Of a stretch of 38,836 nucleotides of DNA, positions 36,690 to 38,836 are shown piece after piece (the first letter of the stretch is position 1; each line of letters begins with the position of its first letter). Made by a program: the position numbers and the translations under genes. The notes beneath the pieces are model-generated. The model saw nothing but the letters and a program-made list of their open reading frames with translations. It was not told where the DNA came from and ran no database searches. The DNA comes from Clostridia bacterium (GTDB lineage: Bacteria > Bacillota > Clostridia > Monoglobales > Firm-18): contig JAZSRE010000178.1 of assembly GCA_045538345.1 (NCBI GenBank), positions 1-38,836 on the forward strand, written 5' to 3'.

Positions 36690-37034
36690 ATGATGAATAT
36701 CTTGAACGAAATTGGTAAGGAACAGATTCGTACTGACTTGCCACAGCTAAACGTTGGTGACACTGTTCATGTGTACATCAAAGTAAAAGAAGGTACAAGA
36801 GAAAGAATCCAGATGTTTGAAGGTACAATCATTGCTAAGAAGCATGGCGGTATTGCTGAAACTTTCACAGTACGCAGAGTATCATACGGTGTAGGTGTAG
36901 AAAAAACATTCCTTGTTAATTCTCCTAACATTGATCGTATTGATATCGTTCGTAAAGGTAAAGTTCGTCGTGCTAAACTATACTATCTACGTGATAGAGT
37001 TGGTAAGGCAGCGAAGGTTAAAGAAAGACTTTAA
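36690..37034 (+). CDS. rplS: 50S ribosomal protein L19
   Basis: [48 protein letters not shown]... aligns along its full length with the Bacillus RplS pattern. AAAGGAAG lies upstream. The ORF track starts 24 nt earlier, at 36666. Confidence 0.93.
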   Translation: MMNILNEIGKEQIRTDLPQLNVGDTVHVYIKVKEGTRERIQMFEGTIIAKKHGGIAETFTVRRVSYGVGVEKTFLVNSPNIDRIDIVRKGKVRRAKLYYLRDRVGKAAKVKERL

Positions 37035-37048
37035 TACGAAATTGAATT

Positions 37049-37093
37049 GGCGTAGTTGCGGCTTAGGCTTCAACCACGCCTTTTTAATTTTTT
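37049..37093 (+). terminator. Intrinsic terminator after rplS
   Basis: GGCGTAGTTG (37049-37058) pairs with CAACCACGCC (37071-37080) with one mismatch. TTTTTAATTTTTT follows. Confidence 0.7.
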
Positions 37094-37134
37094 GAAATTT
37101 TTTCTTACTAAATATGGTAATTTTTTATTATATG

Positions 37135-37143
37135 TGATAGAAT
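37135..37143 (+). promoter_or_regulatory. Candidate extended -10 promoter element for lepB
   Basis: TGaTAGAAT (37135-37143) has only a weak -35 (TGGTAA) 17 nt upstream. It lies about 40 nt before the GTG start of lepB. Confidence 0.35.
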
Positions 37144-37181
37144 ATAATATATAACATTTTGATGAAAGGAAGAGATGTATA

Positions 37182-37901
37182 GTGGAAAATAATTTTGAAA
37201 ATGAAAATATAGTTGATGAACTTTCTGATGAAATAACAACCGAAGAACCTAAAAAATTCGATTTTAAAAAAGAACTTAAGGAATGGTTTGTGGCAATTGT
37301 TGTTGCAGTTGTAGTAGCATTTGTTATACGCACGTATTTTTTTGAGCTTGTACAAGTTGACGGCCCTTCTATGGAAAGCACAATGCATACGGGGGATAGA
37401 CTTGTTGTTGTAAAGCTTGGCTATGAACCTGAGCAGGGTGATATTGTAGTTTTCAGGCCAGATATGCATAAGGATACACCTTATATCAAGCGTGTAGTTG
37501 CTACTGAAGGGCAAACTGTTTATATTGACTTTGATGCAAATGGGCAGAATGGTATAGTATATGTAGACGGCGAGCTTTATGACGAACCGTATATTAAAAA
37601 CCCTACTAACAAAAACGGGGATGTTGATTTTGGCAGAAGGTCAGAGCCTCTTGTTGTTCCTGAAGATTGTGTATTTGTAATGGGTGATAACCGTATGCAA
37701 AGTCACGACGGAAGAAGCCTTGATGTTTCAAGTATAAAGGAAACAGGGGATGAGGGTGACTATTACTACACTTATTCTGATTTTGAAACGGGAAAGGTAA
37801 TAGAAGCACCAATTTACTATGGTTGTGTTCACGAAGACGATATAATGGGAAAGGCTGTTTTTAGAATATGGCCATTTGAAAAACTTGGTGTATTGAAATA
37901 A
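37182..37901 (+). CDS. lepB: Signal peptidase I
   Basis: Acidic N-terminal tail and a TM helix. The catalytic Ser box is VDGPSMESTM and the Lys box is YIKRVVATEGQ. Box E is VMGDNRMQSHDGR. The start is GTG, with AAGGAAGAG upstream. Confidence 0.85.
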   Translation: MENNFENENIVDELSDEITTEEPKKFDFKKELKEWFVAIVVAVVVAFVIRTYFFELVQVDGPSMESTMHTGDRLVVVKLGYEPEQGDIVVFRPDMHKDTPYIKRVVATEGQTVYIDFDANGQNGIVYVDGELYDEPYIKNPTNKNGDVDFGRRSEPLVVPEDCVFVMGDNRMQSHDGRSLDVSSIKETGDEGDYYYTYSDFETGKVIEAPIYYGCVHEDDIMGKAVFRIWPFEKLGVLK

Positions 37902-37913
37902 AGGTGGTTGCTT

Positions 37914-38786
37914 ATGAATATACAGTGGTTTCCGGGCCATATGGCAAAGACCCGCAGGCTTATAACTGAAAATTTAAAATTAATTGATATTGTTGTTGAA
38001 CTTAAGGATGCTCGTATTCCTTATTCCTCAACCAACCCTATATTGGAGGAAATTTTAGGTAAAACCCCTCGTGTTATTGCACTTAATAAGTGCGATATGG
38101 CAGATGAGGATATGTTAAAGCAGTGGGTTGCATATTATAAAAGCAAGGGTATAACTGCAGTTCCCGTAGATAGCATAAAGGGTACGGGAATAGGGGCCTT
38201 AAAAAACGAAATAAAAAATGCACTTAAGGATAAGACCAAAAAAGAAATGGAAAAAGGTATGAGAGAACGTGACCCGCGTATGATGGTTGTGGGTATCCCT
38301 AATGTAGGCAAATCGTCTTTTATAAACAAGCTGTCGGGCAGAGCAGGTGCAAAAACAGGGGACAGACCGGGTGTCACTACAACTAAACAGTGGATACGCA
38401 TAAGCGGAGGTTACGAACTTTTAGATACCCCGGGTATTTTGTGGCCTAAATTTGAGGATGAGTTTGTGGGAAAAAATCTTGCATTTACAGGGGCTATCCG
38501 TGATGAGGTTTATGATGTTGCAGAGGTGGCTTGTGAACTTTGCACATTACTTGCAAAAAAAGCGCCCGAAACACTTTGCGAAAAATACAAACTTTCTTCT
38601 GTGGATGGGCTTATGGGCCACGAAATATTGTTTGATATAGGTAAAAAAAGAGGATGCTTAATATCAGGCGGGGATGTTGACTACGACCGCGCTGCAAGGA
38701 TTTTGCTCGACGAATTCCGCGCATGTAAGCTTGGTAAAATTATACTTGAAACACCTGAAGATGCAGAGGGTAGAAAAGATGAATGA
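37914..38786 (+). CDS. rbgA: Ribosome biogenesis GTPase A (YlqF/RbgA)
   Basis: Begins MNIQWFPGHMAKTRR. The GTPase motifs are circularly permuted in the order NKCDMAD (G4), GIPNVGKSSFINKL (G1), DTPGILWPK (G3). AAGGTGG lies 6 nt upstream of ATG 37914. Confidence 0.9.
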   Translation: MNIQWFPGHMAKTRRLITENLKLIDIVVELKDARIPYSSTNPILEEILGKTPRVIALNKCDMADEDMLKQWVAYYKSKGITAVPVDSIKGTGIGALKNEIKNALKDKTKKEMEKGMRERDPRMMVVGIPNVGKSSFINKLSGRAGAKTGDRPGVTTTKQWIRISGGYELLDTPGILWPKFEDEFVGKNLAFTGAIRDEVYDVAEVACELCTLLAKKAPETLCEKYKLSSVDGLMGHEILFDIGKKRGCLISGGDVDYDRAARILLDEFRACKLGKIILETPEDAEGRKDE

Positions 38787-38836
38787 TATAGAACGCGTAA
38801 GCGAAATGTGGTTAATTGAAAATGAAAAAAAGGCTA
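38779..38836 (+). CDS. 5' fragment of a CDS, probably ribonuclease HII by synteny (cut by window edge)
   Basis: ATG 38779 overlaps the rbgA stop codon, with AGAGGG 8 nt upstream. It translates to MNDIERVSEMWLIENEKKA. rnhB follows rbgA in Bacillus-type genomes. Too little sequence is present to confirm the call. Confidence 0.35.
   Translation, partial: MNDIERVSEMWLIENEKKA

Overview
This is an AT-rich, densely coding chromosomal segment from a low-GC Gram-positive bacterium, most consistent with class Clostridia. That placement rests on GGAGG-type RBSs, frequent TTG/GTG starts, a clostridial 2x[4Fe-4S] ferredoxin, an SLH-domain envelope protein and Bacillus/Clostridium-type synteny blocks. I support 42 CDS and found no rRNA, tRNA, CRISPR array, transposase, integrase or recognisable defence island.

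Most of the window is housekeeping:
- a fused ecfA-ecfA', then ecfT and truA
- rho, a NodB-type deacetylase and mecA
- darA-holB-ricT
- potABCD on the minus strand
- murA and an ABC-F ATPase
- a Na/Pi cotransporter and cca
- an NfeD-SPFH pair, yebC and gdhA
- a DnaD-domain gene plus dnaI on the minus strand
- comEC-holA
- rplS-lepB-rbgA, then the start of a probable rnhB

Two real-looking CDS fall just under the 60-aa cut-off of the supplied ORF track. One is a 56-aa ferredoxin (10416-10586, +). The other is a 59-aa Cys/Gly-rich single-pass microprotein (26307-26486, -).

The less ordinary parts are:
- that Cys-rich microprotein, which sits in its own insulated transcription unit
- a YycH-like/YycI-like pair with no kinase or regulator nearby, reachable only by terminator read-through from a small secreted-protein gene
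- a three-gene envelope islet (10655-13275) made of a membrane-anchored lipocalin-like protein, an SLH-only protein and a propeller-like coiled-coil protein
- a ComEC whose metallo-beta-lactamase motifs look degenerate
- a tandemly duplicated promoter-like repeat in front of gdhA

Several ORF-track N-termini look too long. I shifted those starts to the codon with the best RBS spacing or homolog-like N-terminus. All family calls come from motif recognition by eye; no database search was run.
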